Part shown: positions 34,874 to 45,481 of the stretch, in pieces
Layout: the number at the start of each line of letters is the position of its first letter
Numbering within the stretch: position 1 is the first letter of the stretch
DNA from: Mycobacteriales bacterium
GTDB taxonomy: Bacteria > Actinomycetota > Actinomycetes > Mycobacteriales > SCTD01
Assembly: GCA_030697205.1 (NCBI GenBank)
Contig: JAUYQP010000052.1
Span: 27,867 to 91,866 of the forward strand
Length of the DNA stretch: 64,000 nt
Direction of reading: 5' to 3'
The notes under the pieces: model-generated
Seen by the model: the letters and a program-made list of their open reading frames with translations, nothing else
The model's database searches: none
Told to the model about the DNA's origin: nothing
Translations under genes and position numbers: made by a program

Positions 34874-36187
34874 GTGCTGTCCGCCGACCACCCGCTCAGA
34901 GAGGTCGTCGGGGTCCTCGACTTCCGTCGGTTGCTGCGGGTGCGGCTGGTCGGGCAGCTCGGGGACGGGCTGTTCCAGACCGCGCTGTTCGCCGCCGTCT
35001 TCTTCAACCCCGAGCGCGCCACCTCGGCCGGGCAGGCCGCGAGCGCCTTCGCGGTGCTGCTGCTCCCCTTCTCCGTCGTCGGGCCCTTCGCCGGGGTCTT
35101 CCTGGACCGGTGGCGCCGTCAGCGGGTGCTGCGCAACGCCAACGCCGTCCGGGCCGGCCTCGTCGTAGTCTTCGCGACGCTGCTCGCCCTGCAGGGACCG
35201 ACCGCCCCGCTCGTGCAGGCCGTCGCGCTGCTGGTCGTGTCGGTCAACCGCTTCGTCCTCTCCGGGCTCTCGGCCGCGCTGCCGCACGTCGTCGAGGAGC
35301 GCCGCCTGGTCGTCGCCAACTCGCTGTCGCCGACCCTCGGCGGCGGGGCCTACGCCGTAGGCGGCGTCCTCGCCGTCGTGCTGCGCGAGGTCTGGGGCGA
35401 CGACGACCTCGGCGCCGCCCGCACGGGCCTGGTCGCTGCGGCCGCCTACCTCCTGGCCGGCCTGCTCGCGACCCGCATCGCGGCCGACCTGCTCGGCCCG
35501 TCGGTCGTCGACCACCGCTCGGTGCGCACGGCCCTGCGCGGCGTGGCCCTCGGCGTCGCCCAGGGTGCGGCCCACGTCCGCGAGCGCGGCCCGGCGCTGC
35601 GGGCGCTGTGCGCGATCAGCGCGCACCGCTTCTTCTACGGCCTGTCCACGGTCGCCACGCTGCTGCTCTACACCGACGACGGCTTCCTCGGCCGGCAGCG
35701 CGACGACGGCTTCGGCGGGCTGGCCCAGGTCGCCGGCGCCGCCGCCGTCGGGGGGCTGTGCGCCGCCCTGGTCACGCCCGCCGTCACCCGCCGGATCGGC
35801 ACGCAGCGCTGGATCATCGTGGTCTTCGCCGTGGCCTCCGTCATCGAAGTCGCCTTCGGGATGCCCTACACCCACGGCGCCTTCCTCGTCGCCGCGCTCT
35901 TCCTCGGCTTCGCCGCACAGGCCGCCAAGATCTGCGTCGACACCCTGGTGCAGGAGTCCGTTGACGACGACTTCCGCGGCCGCGTCTTCAGCTTCTACGA
36001 CACCGCCTTCAACCTCAGCTTCGTCTCCGCCGCGGCCGTGAGCGCGGTCCTGCTCCCCGACGACGGCAAGTCGTACGCCGTGATCGGTGTGGTGGCCGGC
36101 GGCTACGCGGTGACGTCGCTGCTCTACGCGGTCGCGACGGCGCGTCGGGCGGCGAGCGAGCCACCCGAGCCGGTCATCACCCGCTGA
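34874..36187 (+). CDS. MFS transporter
   Basis: 437 aa with about 12 TM segments. FRRLLRVRLVGQLGDGLFQTAL..GPFAGVFLDRWRRQRVL is typical of actinobacterial MFS proteins. Confidence 0.85.
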   Translation: MLSADHPLREVVGVLDFRRLLRVRLVGQLGDGLFQTALFAAVFFNPERATSAGQAASAFAVLLLPFSVVGPFAGVFLDRWRRQRVLRNANAVRAGLVVVFATLLALQGPTAPLVQAVALLVVSVNRFVLSGLSAALPHVVEERRLVVANSLSPTLGGGAYAVGGVLAVVLREVWGDDDLGAARTGLVAAAAYLLAGLLATRIAADLLGPSVVDHRSVRTALRGVALGVAQGAAHVRERGPALRALCAISAHRFFYGLSTVATLLLYTDDGFLGRQRDDGFGGLAQVAGAAAVGGLCAALVTPAVTRRIGTQRWIIVVFAVASVIEVAFGMPYTHGAFLVAALFLGFAAQAAKICVDTLVQESVDDDFRGRVFSFYDTAFNLSFVSAAAVSAVLLPDDGKSYAVIGVVAGGYAVTSLLYAVATARRAASEPPEPVITR

Positions 36188-36200
36188 GCGGGTCCCGGCC

Positions 36201-37466
36201 TCAGCGGCCGGTCAGGGTGTCGCCCACAGCACCGACCGTGCCGGTGACGCCACCGACGACGGCGGGCACGAGCGGGGTCGCCGAGGGCGAGGGGACGATG
36301 CTGAGCAACGTGTCGACGAGGTCGACGAGGTCGGCGACCGGGTCGGGATCGGTCGTCGGCGGATCGGTCGTCGGCGGATCGGTCGTGGGGTCGGTGGGCC
36401 GGGTCGGGCGCGGAGTCGCGGACACGGACGGGTCGGAGGCGTCGGGCGGCAGCAGCACGTCGACCGGGTCGACCGAGTTGCCGTCCGGACCGGCGACCAG
36501 GGTGCCCTCGGGGTCGAGCAGGGCGTCGAGGGCGCTGCTCGCGCCGTCGGCCCCTCCCTCGACGAGCGCCGCGACGACGCCCCAGGACCCGCCGGCGCGG
36601 CGGTAGCCGCGCACCGTGGCGTAGCGGTCGTCCACCCGGGCACCGCCGCGGGCGGCAGCGGTCGCGAGCAGGTAGGACACGAGCGTCTCGCCGCGGGCGG
36701 CGCCGGGGTCCGCCGTCACGGCCGTGACCCGCAGTCCGGCCGGCACGGTCGTGAGGACCGCGTCGGCGTCGTCGGCGCTGGCGTCGAGGCCGGCCGACAG
36801 GGCGCGCAGGCCGCGGTCGTCCTGGACGAGGTCGAGCGCGTAGCGCTGCTCCCACGCGTCGCCGGTGAGCACGAGCGGCGTCGTCGAGCCGGTGAGGCCG
36901 CCGTAGGGGACCTGCACCTGGAAGAGCTCCTCGACGGTGCGGGTGCCGGCCCGGCCGGCGGAGCGGACGTCGGTGTCGCCGCGGAAGACCGCGACCCGCA
37001 CCGCGGCCTGGCCGCGCTCGAGCCGGGTCAGCGCGTCAGCGGCGACCCGCACGGCAGCGGCGGTGGTGCCGACTTCGACGCCGGGGGCGTCTGTGGCGTC
37101 GACGAGCACCAGGCCGCGCCGCAGCTCCTGGCGGGCACCGTCGACGACGGTCACCGCCGTCGAGGCACCGAGCAGGACCTCGCGCCCACGGGTCGTCAGC
37201 TGCGCCGCGCCACCGGCCTTCGTGGCGACCGTGGCACCGCGCGGCACCTCGTCGCCGTCCGCGAGCTCGAGGGGGGTGCCGTCGGCGAGCGTGACGTCGA
37301 CCAGCCGGCCGACGGTGAGGACGGTCGCGGCGTCGGCGGTGTCACGGCCGAGCGCAGTCAGCGCGAGCGACGCGAGCAGGCCCGCGGACAGCACGACAGC
37401 GCCACCGACCGCGACCGCGCGTGGCAGCCGCCGGTTCGGTGCGGTCTGTCCGCTCCCGTCCGTCAT
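36201..37466 (-). CDS. Conserved hypothetical single-pass membrane protein with C-terminal PTTD repeats
   Basis: 421 aa. The N-terminal TM segment is AVAVGGAVVLSAGLLASLALTAL. The repeat PTDPTTDPPTTDPPTTDP is encoded by a 15-nt DNA repeat near 36350-36395. I recognised no family with confidence. Confidence 0.6.
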   Translation of the reverse strand: MTDGSGQTAPNRRLPRAVAVGGAVVLSAGLLASLALTALGRDTADAATVLTVGRLVDVTLADGTPLELADGDEVPRGATVATKAGGAAQLTTRGREVLLGASTAVTVVDGARQELRRGLVLVDATDAPGVEVGTTAAAVRVAADALTRLERGQAAVRVAVFRGDTDVRSAGRAGTRTVEELFQVQVPYGGLTGSTTPLVLTGDAWEQRYALDLVQDDRGLRALSAGLDASADDADAVLTTVPAGLRVTAVTADPGAARGETLVSYLLATAAARGGARVDDRYATVRGYRRAGGSWGVVAALVEGGADGASSALDALLDPEGTLVAGPDGNSVDPVDVLLPPDASDPSVSATPRPTRPTDPTTDPPTTDPPTTDPDPVADLVDLVDTLLSIVPSPSATPLVPAVVGGVTGTVGAVGDTLTGR

Positions 37467-37556
37467 GCGCCCTATGGTCCCAGCCCGCGACGGCCGTCGC
37501 CATGGTCATTAGTGACTAGCCCGACTGCGTGTCGGGCACTGCGGCGCACGCCGGGC

Positions 37557-39032
37557 TCAGCCCGCGGGCGCGATCCCCTGCTCGGCGGCCCAGCGCAGCA
37601 GCTCCTCGGTCGCCGCCTCCTCACCCAGCGGGCCGTGCTCCATCCGCAGCTCCTTGAGGTGCGCGAGCGCCTGCTTGACCAGCGGCCCGCCGGGGATCCC
37701 GAGCAGGGTCATCACGGCGTGGCCATCGAGGTCGGGCCGGATGCGACCGAGCTCCTCCTTCTCCGACAGCTCGGCGATGCGCCGCTCGAGGTCGTCGTAG
37801 GAGGCGGCGAGCGCGGCGGCCCGTCGGCGGTTGCGGGTCGTGCAGTCGCTGCGCACGAGCGCGTGCAGGCGCAGCAGCTCGGGCCCCGCGTCGGTGACGT
37901 AGCGGCGTACGGCCGAGTCGGTCCAGGCGGAGGCGCCCTGGGCGCCGTAGCCGTGGAAGCGCAGGTGGAGCTCGATGAGCAGGCAGACCGGCTCGACGAC
38001 GTCCTTGCCGTAGGCGAGCGCCTTGAGCCGCTTGCGGGCCATCTGGGCGCCGACGACCTCGTGGTGGTGGAAGGACACGCCCCCGCCGGCCTCGTGGCGG
38101 CGGGTCCGCGGCTTGCCGATGTCGTGGAGGAGAGCGGCGAGGCGCAGCACCAGGTCGGGGCCGTCCTGCTCGAGCCGGACGGCGCGCTCGAGCACCTGCA
38201 GGGTGTGCTCGTAGACGTCCTTGTGCTGGTGGTGCTCGTCGATCTCGAGGCGCAGCGCGGGCAGCTCCGGGAGCACGAGGCGTGACAGCCCCGTGTCGAC
38301 CAGGAGCTGCAGACCTCGGCGGGGGTGGGCGCCGCAGACCAGCTTGCTCAGCTCACCGGCGATCCGCTCGACCGAGACGATCTCGAGCCGGTCGGCCATC
38401 TCGGTCATCGCGGTGACGAGGTCGGGCGCGACCTCGAAGCCGAGCTGCGCGGCGAAGCGGGCGGCGCGGAGCATCCGCAGCGGGTCGTCACCGAAGGACA
38501 GCTCCGGCGACCCGGGCGTGCGCAGGACGCCGGCGGCGAGGTCGTCCATCCCGCCGAAGGGGTCGACGAAGGCGTCGGGGGCGGTCCATCCCGGCAGCGC
38601 GACCGCCATCGCGTTGACGGCGAAGTCTCGGCGCAGCAGGTCCTCGTGCAGCGAGGTGCCGAACTCCACCGCGGGCTTGCGGGAGCCCGGCTCGTAGGCC
38701 TCGGCGCGGTAGGTCGTGATCTCCAGGCGCAAGCCCTGGCGCAGCGCCCCCACCGTGCCGAAGGCGATGCCGGTGTCCCAGGTCGCCTCGGCCCAGCCCT
38801 CGAGCAGCGCGGCGACCTCGCCCGGGTGGGCCGAGGTCGTGAAGTCGAGGTCGTCGCCGAGCCGCCCGAGCAGGGCATCGCGCACCGAGCCGCCTACGAG
38901 GTGGAGGGCGTGGCCCGCGGCCGCGAAGCGCTCACCGAGCTCGACGGCCACCGGGGAGACCCGCATCAGCTCCTGGACGGCCGCGCCCACGGCACTGGCC
39001 TGGGAGGCGCTGAGAGCGGACACGGGACACAA
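37557..39032 (-). CDS. cca: CCA tRNA nucleotidyltransferase (PcnA-type, with HD domain)
   Basis: LVGGSVRDALLGR..DLDFTT (polymerase-beta motif). The HD region reads LLHDIGKP. Confidence 0.92.
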   Translation of the reverse strand: MCPVSALSASQASAVGAAVQELMRVSPVAVELGERFAAAGHALHLVGGSVRDALLGRLGDDLDFTTSAHPGEVAALLEGWAEATWDTGIAFGTVGALRQGLRLEITTYRAEAYEPGSRKPAVEFGTSLHEDLLRRDFAVNAMAVALPGWTAPDAFVDPFGGMDDLAAGVLRTPGSPELSFGDDPLRMLRAARFAAQLGFEVAPDLVTAMTEMADRLEIVSVERIAGELSKLVCGAHPRRGLQLLVDTGLSRLVLPELPALRLEIDEHHQHKDVYEHTLQVLERAVRLEQDGPDLVLRLAALLHDIGKPRTRRHEAGGGVSFHHHEVVGAQMARKRLKALAYGKDVVEPVCLLIELHLRFHGYGAQGASAWTDSAVRRYVTDAGPELLRLHALVRSDCTTRNRRRAAALAASYDDLERRIAELSEKEELGRIRPDLDGHAVMTLLGIPGGPLVKQALAHLKELRMEHGPLGEEAATEELLRWAAEQGIAPAG

Positions 39033-39078
39033 GCCTAGCCGTGCGTTTCAGCGACGGGGGCAGGGGCAACGCATCCCT

Positions 39079-39747
39079 GTGAAGACCGCGCTCGACCTGC
39101 ACCGCCGCCTGCTGTCCCGTGGCATCCCGCACGAGGTGGTCCGCTTGCGCGGCCACGCCGCCGGCTCCGACGACCTCCCGCGCCTGCTGTCCGTCGAGCC
39201 CGGCGAGTGCGTCGCCGTCCGGTGCTTCCGCGTCACCGACGCCCGCACCCCCGACGGGTCGGCGGTGCACCTGGTGGCCGTCGCCGTCCGCGCCGGCGAC
39301 GCTCCGGACGAGACCGCTGTCGGCGCTGCCCTCGACGCCGGCACGATCCGGCCCGCCACGCCCGACGAGATCAGCACCCACACCGGCTACGCAGCGTCCC
39401 TGGTGTCCCCCCTCGGCCTCCCCGAGGACGTCGTCCTGCTGGCCGACAGTGCGCTGGCGCACCGCTCCGAGACGCTGAGGTTCTGCGCGACGGGAGAGAG
39501 CGGTACGGCGCTTGCGGTCGGCCTGCGTGACCTGCTCGTCGAGAGCCGCGCCCGGGTCGCGGCGCTCACGCCCCTTCCCCTCGTCGGCACCGGCGACTGG
39601 CGGGTCGACGGTGCGCAGGTGATCTCGATGGAGGGCGCGCTCCAGGGCAAGCGCGACGCCCGTCGGTCCACCGGCCCACGGGGCACCCCGCGGCCCACCC
39701 CGCGCGACCCGCACCGCCGCAACCCCGGGACCCGCACGGTCGGCTGA
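39079..39747 (+). CDS. YbaK/aminoacyl-tRNA-deacylase-like domain protein with basic C-terminal tail
   Basis: GTG 39079 within track ORF 38716..39747. ..[51 protein letters not shown].. matches the YbaK-domain pattern. The call rests on motif resemblance only. Confidence 0.5.
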   Translation: MKTALDLHRRLLSRGIPHEVVRLRGHAAGSDDLPRLLSVEPGECVAVRCFRVTDARTPDGSAVHLVAVAVRAGDAPDETAVGAALDAGTIRPATPDEISTHTGYAASLVSPLGLPEDVVLLADSALAHRSETLRFCATGESGTALAVGLRDLLVESRARVAALTPLPLVGTGDWRVDGAQVISMEGALQGKRDARRSTGPRGTPRPTPRDPHRRNPGTRTVG

Positions 39748-39782
39748 GCGAGGCGGACCGTCGACCGCCGTACTGTGGTCCG

Positions 39783-40265
39783 ATGGCTCCCACCCCCTCG
39801 CCGCCGCCGCGGCGACCGCTGCGCCGGGTGGACGAGACGAGCGCCGGGGGGCTGGTCCTCGACAGCCTGTCCGGCGCCGCCCGGGGGGCGCTCATCGGCC
39901 GGCTGGACCGGCGCGGGCGGCTGCTGTGGTCCCTGCCCAAGGGTCACCTCGAGCAGGGCGAGACCGAGCAGCAGGCCGCGGTGCGCGAGGTGCGTGAGGA
40001 GACCGGGATCCTCGGTCAGGTGGTCGGCAAGCTCGGCACCATCGACTTCTGGTTCGTCGCTGACGGCAGGCGTATCCACAAGACGGTCCACCACTACCTG
40101 CTCGTCGCCGTCGACCCGGAGCACGGCCTCGAGCTGTCCGACGCCGACGTCGAGGTGAGCGAGGTGGCGTGGGTGCCGATGGCGGAGCTCTCCGAGCGGC
40201 TCGCCTACGCCGACGAGCGGCGGCTGCTGGAGAGGGTCCCCGAGCTGCTCGCCGAGACGGCGTGA
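39783..40265 (+). CDS. NUDIX hydrolase (MutT4-like)
   Basis: Nudix box [23 protein letters not shown]. It occupies the conserved position next to cca. Confidence 0.9.
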   Translation: MAPTPSPPPRRPLRRVDETSAGGLVLDSLSGAARGALIGRLDRRGRLLWSLPKGHLEQGETEQQAAVREVREETGILGQVVGKLGTIDFWFVADGRRIHKTVHHYLLVAVDPEHGLELSDADVEVSEVAWVPMAELSERLAYADERRLLERVPELLAETA

Positions 40266-42559
40266 CCGAGGGCGTCCTGCGCCGGGGCGGTGCGCGACGA
40301 CGCGCCCTCGGCGTACCCCTCGTCGCGACACTGGCCACAGTCGCGCTGCTGCCGTCGCTCGCCCTGGCGGCGCCGTCCCCGACCCCCGTGACGGACGACG
40401 CGCCGGTCGAGGTGACCGTCGCCAAGCTCGCGCCGCGCTTCCTGTCCGACCCGGCCGCCTTCCTGCAGGTCGCCGGGACCGTCCGCAACACCGGGACGCA
40501 ACCGGTGCGGCGGCTCGAGCTGCGGCTCATGGTCGGCGACCGGCTGCAGAGCCGCGGCGACCTGGCGCAGGCCGACGAGGAGCCGCCCGCGCTGCGGCCG
40601 GTCGCGACAGCCGTCGTGCCCGACGACGACGAGCTGTCGCCCGGCGAGACGCAGCGCTTCGACATCCGGCTGCGGGTGGGGCGGCTCGGGTTCGGCCAGC
40701 TCGGCGCCTACCCCTTCGGCGTGCGCGCCCGCGGGGTCGTGGACGACGGCGGGTCGCGCGAGCAGCTCGGACTGGTCCAGACCTACCTCCCGTGGTTCCC
40801 CGAGGGGCCGCCCCAGCCCACACGGATCGCGTGGGTGTGGCCGCTGTCGGACCGACCCACCCGGGCGCCCCGGGAGGTCGTGGTCGACGAGTCGCTGCCC
40901 GCGAGCCTCGACAGCGGCGGGCGGCTGTCGCAGCTGGTGGTGGGCGCCCAGTCCGGGGGGCAGGGCAAGTGCGACGACGTCGCCGAGGCGCCGCCGGACG
41001 CGACCGTCACGAGCCCTCCGCCGCGCTGCACCGCCCCGGTCCAGGTGCCGCTCACCTACGCCGTCGACCCCGACCTGCTCTTCGGCGCCGAGGCGCTGAC
41101 CCGACCCTGGGACCTGCTCGTCGACGGCGGCCGGGAGGCGAGGCCGGCCTCGGCGGCCGCCCGCGGCTGGCTGGGCTCCCTGCGCGACGACCTCGGGCTG
41201 GCCCGCACCGACCTCGTCGTGCTGCCCTACGCCGACCCCGACGTCGTGGCTCTCACCCGTGACGCCGACCTCGACGTCGACGTCGCGACCGCCCGGACCC
41301 TCGGCGCGACCGTGGCCCAGCAGGTGCTCGGGCAGACCTCGGTCCTCAACGTCGCGTGGCCGCCCGCGGGGCCGCTGCCGCAGGCAGCCCTCGAGGCCTC
41401 GCTCGGTCCGCAGACCAGCGCCGTCCTGCTCGACGAGACCGCGCTGCCGCCCCCGCCGGTCCCGCCGGACTACGCCCCCGACGCGCGGGTCGAGCTGACC
41501 AGCACCGTGAGCCGCGACGTCACGGGCCTGGTCATCGACGACGCGCTGTCGCGACTGCTGGTGCCCGGTCCCGCGAACAGCGGCAAGGGGCCCCGGCTGG
41601 CCGAGCAGCGCTGGCTCGTCGAGACCGCCATGATCGTCGCGGAACGCCCGTCGCTGAGCCGGACGCTGGTGGTCGCACCGCCGCGCCGGGGCACGGTCCC
41701 GCAGGCCGTCGCCGCGGCCGTCATCGCCGACACGGGCCGGGTGCCGTGGCTGTGCCCGGTCTCCCTGCGCGACGTGGTCGCCGGGCACGACGCCTGTCCC
41801 GGGACCTCTGCGCCGTCGGAGCCTCGGGAGCCCGAGACGACCGGGACGGTCGAGGCGGGGCTGGCAGCCGGGCCGCTGGTCTCCCAGGCCTACCTGCGGG
41901 CCCTCGCCGCGGTCCGGCGCGACGCCGACCAGCTGACCAACGCGGTGCTCGACCCGGGCGAGGCGGCCACGAGCACCAAGCAGCGGCTCCTGCGGGCCCG
42001 GCTGCGGGCCGAGTCCTCGGCCTGGCGCGACGCGCCCGGTCAGGCGCGGCAGCTGCTCGCGCTGCTCCAGGAGGACGTGAAGAGCCTGCGCGAGCAGGTG
42101 ACGCTGCGCGCCAACAAGAAGGTCACCCTCACCTCCGACAAGGGCACGATCCGCGTCAACCTGCAAAACGCCACCCGACAGCCGGTGACGGTCCGGGTGC
42201 GACTGTCGGCCCCGGCCGCGCGGCTGTCGGTGGAGACCAGTCCCGAGGTGACGCTCATGCCGGAGAGCGTCCAGCAGCTCGACCTCGAGGTCGAGGCGCT
42301 GGTGTCCGGGCAGTTCGTCGTCGAGGCCCAGCTGCTCGACCGCGAGATGCGCCCCTTCGCCGACAGCACCCGCATCGTGGTCCGGTCCACGCGCTACGGC
42401 CGGCTGGCGCTGGCCCTGACCGGGCTCGGCGCTGCCGGGCTGCTCGTCGCCGCGGGCGTCCGGATCGCGCGACGCGCCCTGCGCCCGGCCCGCGCGACCG
42501 ACCCGACCGACCCGGCCGACCCGGCCGATCCGGCTGACCCAGGCACAGACCCCGCGTGA
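40262..42559 (+). CDS. Conserved actinobacterial secreted/membrane protein (Rv3909-like, DUF6049-type)
   Basis: GTG 40262 forms a GTGA overlap with the NUDIX stop. Signal peptide [21 protein letters not shown]. It has a C-terminal TM segment plus a [13 protein letters not shown] tail, and is coupled to murJ by another GTGA overlap. Confidence 0.75.
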   Translation: MTEGVLRRGGARRRALGVPLVATLATVALLPSLALAAPSPTPVTDDAPVEVTVAKLAPRFLSDPAAFLQVAGTVRNTGTQPVRRLELRLMVGDRLQSRGDLAQADEEPPALRPVATAVVPDDDELSPGETQRFDIRLRVGRLGFGQLGAYPFGVRARGVVDDGGSREQLGLVQTYLPWFPEGPPQPTRIAWVWPLSDRPTRAPREVVVDESLPASLDSGGRLSQLVVGAQSGGQGKCDDVAEAPPDATVTSPPPRCTAPVQVPLTYAVDPDLLFGAEALTRPWDLLVDGGREARPASAAARGWLGSLRDDLGLARTDLVVLPYADPDVVALTRDADLDVDVATARTLGATVAQQVLGQTSVLNVAWPPAGPLPQAALEASLGPQTSAVLLDETALPPPPVPPDYAPDARVELTSTVSRDVTGLVIDDALSRLLVPGPANSGKGPRLAEQRWLVETAMIVAERPSLSRTLVVAPPRRGTVPQAVAAAVIADTGRVPWLCPVSLRDVVAGHDACPGTSAPSEPREPETTGTVEAGLAAGPLVSQAYLRALAAVRRDADQLTNAVLDPGEAATSTKQRLLRARLRAESSAWRDAPGQARQLLALLQEDVKSLREQVTLRANKKVTLTSDKGTIRVNLQNATRQPVTVRVRLSAPAARLSVETSPEVTLMPESVQQLDLEVEALVSGQFVVEAQLLDREMRPFADSTRIVVRSTRYGRLALALTGLGAAGLLVAAGVRIARRALRPARATDPTDPADPADPADPGTDPA

Positions 42560-44169
42560 CGCTGCTCGGCTCGGCCCGCAGCATGGCGGTCGGCACCGTC
42601 GCGTCACGGGCCACCGGATTCCTGCGGACCGCGGTCCTCACGGCGGTCCTCGGCGTGCAGTCGGTCGGCGCTGCCTACACGGTCGCCAACACCGCCCCCA
42701 ACATCGTCTACGAGCTGCTGCTCGGCGGGATCCTCACCAGCGTCGTCGTGCCGCTGCTGGTCCGCGCCGCGAAGGAGTCCGACGACCAGGGCGAGGCCTT
42801 CGCCAACCGGCTGCTCACCCTCGTCGTGCTGGTGCTCGGCGCCACCGCTGTCCTGCTCGTCGTCTTCGCGCCGCAGCTGGTGTCGCTCTACTCCGCCGGG
42901 CTCGACGAGGACGCGCAGGAGCTCGCCGTGCTCTTCGCCCGCTTCTTCCTGCCGCAGGTGCTCTTCTACGGCGCGGGGGCGGTGCTCGGCGCGATCCTCA
43001 ACACCCGCGGGCGCTTCGCCCCGCCGATGTGGGCTCCCGTGCTCAACAACGTCGTCGTCATCGCGACCGGGCTGGCGTTCCTCCTGCTGCCCGGGACCAA
43101 CCCGCTGCGGGCCGGCACCATCACCGACGCCCAGGTCGCGCTGCTCGGCATCGGCACGACCCTCGGCATCGTCGCCCAGACGGTCGCGCTGCTGCCGTCG
43201 CTCAAGGCGAGCGGCTTCCGGCTGCGCCCGCGGCTGGGCCTGCGCGGCTCCGGGCTCGGCCAGGTCGGCCGGCTCGCGCGCTGGGTGCTGCTCTACGTCG
43301 TCGCCAACCAGCTCGCCTACGTCGTGGTCGTGCGGCTGGCCACCGAGGACCGGCTCGTCGAGGCCGGCCGCGGCTACCCATCCTACGTCGCGGCCTTCCT
43401 GCTCTGGCAGCTGCCGCACGCCGTCGTCGCGGTCAGCGTCATCACCGCGCTGCTGCCGGCCATGTCGCGGGCGGCCGCGGACGACCGGCTGGGCGACCTG
43501 CGCGACCACCTCGACCGGGGCCTGCGCCTCACCGTCGCGGTGCTCGTGCCGGCCGCCGTCGCCTACGTCGTGCTGGGCCGCGACCTCGCCACGGTCGTCT
43601 TCGCCCACGGGGAGACCACCGTCGAGCAGGCCCGCTTCATCGGCGTACTGCTGTCTGTCTTCGCGGTCGGGCTCACGGCGTTCTCGACCTACCAGCTCCA
43701 GCTGCGGGCCTTCTACGCGCTGCAGGACACCCGTACCCCGACCCTGGTCAACCTGGGCGTCAACGCCTCCCTCGTGGCCGCCGACCTCGCGCTCTACGCC
43801 GTGCTGCCGGACCGGCTCAAGGTCGTCGGGCTGGCCGCGGGACAGGCCCTGTCCTTCGTCGTCGGCCTCGCGGTCTGCACCCGCGTCCTGACCCGTCAGG
43901 TGCCCCGCGCGCCGCAGGCCCACGTCGTGCGCACCGCCGTGCGCTGCGTGGTCGCCGCCCTGCTGCCGGCTCTCGCGGCGGCGCTGGTGGTGGCGACCGT
44001 CGGGCGGCTCACCGACCCGGGGCCGCTCACGTCACTGGCGGTGCTCGCCGTGGCCGGACCGGTGCTGGTGCTCGGCTACGCCGCCGCCGCGCGTCGGGTC
44101 CGGGTCCCCGAGGTCGACGAGGTCGCGGGACCGGTCCTGGCCAGGATCTCAAGGCGCCCCCGGTCCTGA
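42556..44169 (+). CDS. murJ: Lipid II flippase MurJ/MviN (flippase domain only)
   Basis: [33 protein letters not shown].., 537 aa with about 14 TM segments. Confidence 0.92.
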   Translation: MTLLGSARSMAVGTVASRATGFLRTAVLTAVLGVQSVGAAYTVANTAPNIVYELLLGGILTSVVVPLLVRAAKESDDQGEAFANRLLTLVVLVLGATAVLLVVFAPQLVSLYSAGLDEDAQELAVLFARFFLPQVLFYGAGAVLGAILNTRGRFAPPMWAPVLNNVVVIATGLAFLLLPGTNPLRAGTITDAQVALLGIGTTLGIVAQTVALLPSLKASGFRLRPRLGLRGSGLGQVGRLARWVLLYVVANQLAYVVVVRLATEDRLVEAGRGYPSYVAAFLLWQLPHAVVAVSVITALLPAMSRAAADDRLGDLRDHLDRGLRLTVAVLVPAAVAYVVLGRDLATVVFAHGETTVEQARFIGVLLSVFAVGLTAFSTYQLQLRAFYALQDTRTPTLVNLGVNASLVAADLALYAVLPDRLKVVGLAAGQALSFVVGLAVCTRVLTRQVPRAPQAHVVRTAVRCVVAALLPALAAALVVATVGRLTDPGPLTSLAVLAVAGPVLVLGYAAAARRVRVPEVDEVAGPVLARISRRPRS

Positions 44170-44183
44170 CCGATCTTCCCGGT

Positions 44184-44588
44184 GTGGAGATCCCCTGTGC
44201 GCCCGGCACCCGTGATGCCGGTTCGATCGTGCTGGGCTGGCTGACCAAGCTCACCGTGACGCTGTCGCTCGTCGGCCTGGTGGTCTTCGACGGCATCTCG
44301 CTGGTGTCGGCGAACTTCACTGCGGCCGACCGCGCCGGCACCGCCGCGCGCGCCGCGAGCGACGTCTGCCAGTCCACCAAGGGCAACGTGCAGAAGGCGT
44401 ACGACGCCGCGTACGCCGTAGCGCTCGAGAACGGTGACCTCGTCGACCCCGAGGGCTTCAGCTGCCTCACCGACGGCACGGTGACCCTGACCTACCGCCG
44501 CGAGGCCGCGACGCTCATCATGGAGAAGGTCGGCCCGCTGCGCCGCTTCACCACCGTGACCGCATCGGGCACCGCCCGCCCCGCCTGA
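44184..44588 (+). CDS. Hypothetical small membrane-anchored protein
   Basis: This is the tail of track ORF 43029..44588. A TM segment (GSIVLGWLTKLTVTLSLVGLVVFDGISLV) precedes a ~90-aa domain. The start is uncertain, with GTG 44184 as the candidate. Confidence 0.45.
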   Translation: MEIPCAPGTRDAGSIVLGWLTKLTVTLSLVGLVVFDGISLVSANFTAADRAGTAARAASDVCQSTKGNVQKAYDAAYAVALENGDLVDPEGFSCLTDGTVTLTYRREAATLIMEKVGPLRRFTTVTASGTARPA

Positions 44589-44635
44589 GGCGAGTGACAC
44601 CCGTCACACTCGTGGGGGATGTTGCGCCAAACGGG

Positions 44636-44664
44636 TGGACACCCCGCGGCACTCGACGTAGCGT
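44636..44664 (+). promoter_or_regulatory. Candidate sigma-A-type promoter for the riboswitch/NlpC-P60 unit
   Basis: TGGACA (44636-44641), then 17 nt, then TAGCGT (44659-44664). This is a sequence resemblance only. Confidence 0.3.
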
Positions 44665-44736
44665 CGGTCGTGGCGCCGCCCCCTGACGGGGACGGCTCCT
44701 GCCACGTCTGGCACCCCCCAAGAACCGCCCGGTCGG

Positions 44737-44912
44737 AACGCCGAGTCCTGCCCCCCGACCACCAGGGCGCCATACGACTCCGGGGCAGGAGCGGGGGACC
44801 CACAGGTTCCTCGGGATCCTCGCGATCCCTCGGGGTGAAGCCGCACCAGCACGACGCGGCCGGGCACCTTCGCACCTTCCAGCCCGAACCCGACAGCTCA
44901 CCTCGCAGGCGG
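44737..44912 (+). promoter_or_regulatory. ydaO/yuaA-class (cyclic-di-AMP) riboswitch
   Basis: Conserved blocks appear in order: ACGCCGAGUCC, AGCGGGGGACCCA (44790-44802), CGGGGUGAAGCC, and GCCCGAACCCGACAGCUCACCUCGCAGGCGG (ending 44912). GGAAGGG and the TTG start of an NlpC/P60 gene follow. This is a known riboswitch-gene pairing in actinobacteria. Confidence 0.85.
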
Positions 44913-44926
44913 CTGGAAGGGACCCC

Positions 44927-45397
44927 TTGCTCACCCATGCCCTCACGCGGGCTGTCCGCGTGCCCGCACTGCTCCTCCTGCTCACCGCCCTGCTGGGCTC
45001 GCTGCTCGTCGGCACCACCGCCGCGCCGGCCAGCGCCGCGACGACCCTCGGCGAGAAGGCCGTCGCCGAGGCCAAGCGCCACGTAGGCAAGCCGTACTCC
45101 TACGGCGCCACCGGCCCGTCGCGCTTCGACTGCAGCGGCTTCACGCTCTACGTCTTCTCGCGCTTCGGCAAGTCGCTGCCGCACAACAGCGCCCAGCAGT
45201 ACTCCAAGATCCACAAGGTCGCCAAGACCCAGAAGCGCACCGGCGACCTGGTCTTCATGAAGAACAGCTCCGGCCGCATCACCCACGTCGGGATCTACAA
45301 CGGCAGCGGCAAGTGGTACGTCGCCCCGAAGTCCGGCGACGTCGTCAAGCTGCAGTCGCTCTACAGCTCCAACTACGTCGTGGGCCGCGTGACCTGA
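44927..45397 (+). CDS. Secreted NlpC/P60-family peptidoglycan hydrolase
   Basis: It has a signal peptide. Motifs are GKPYSYGATGPSRFDCSGFTLYVF (catalytic Cys) and ITHVGIY (His). Confidence 0.9.
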   Translation: MLTHALTRAVRVPALLLLLTALLGSLLVGTTAAPASAATTLGEKAVAEAKRHVGKPYSYGATGPSRFDCSGFTLYVFSRFGKSLPHNSAQQYSKIHKVAKTQKRTGDLVFMKNSSGRITHVGIYNGSGKWYVAPKSGDVVKLQSLYSSNYVVGRVT

Positions 45398-45422
45398 CAG
45401 GCCCTCACCGGCAGGTACGACG

Positions 45423-45467
45423 GAAGGCCCGGTGCGTGCGCCCTACAGTGGCGACGCCCGGGCCTTC
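45423..45467 (+). terminator. Stem-loop downstream of the NlpC/P60 gene
   Basis: gaaggcccgg (45423-45432) pairs with ccgggccttc (45458-45467), a 10-bp perfect stem with a 25-nt loop. Confidence 0.4.
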
Positions 45468-45481
45468 CCGCGTCCCGGCCC

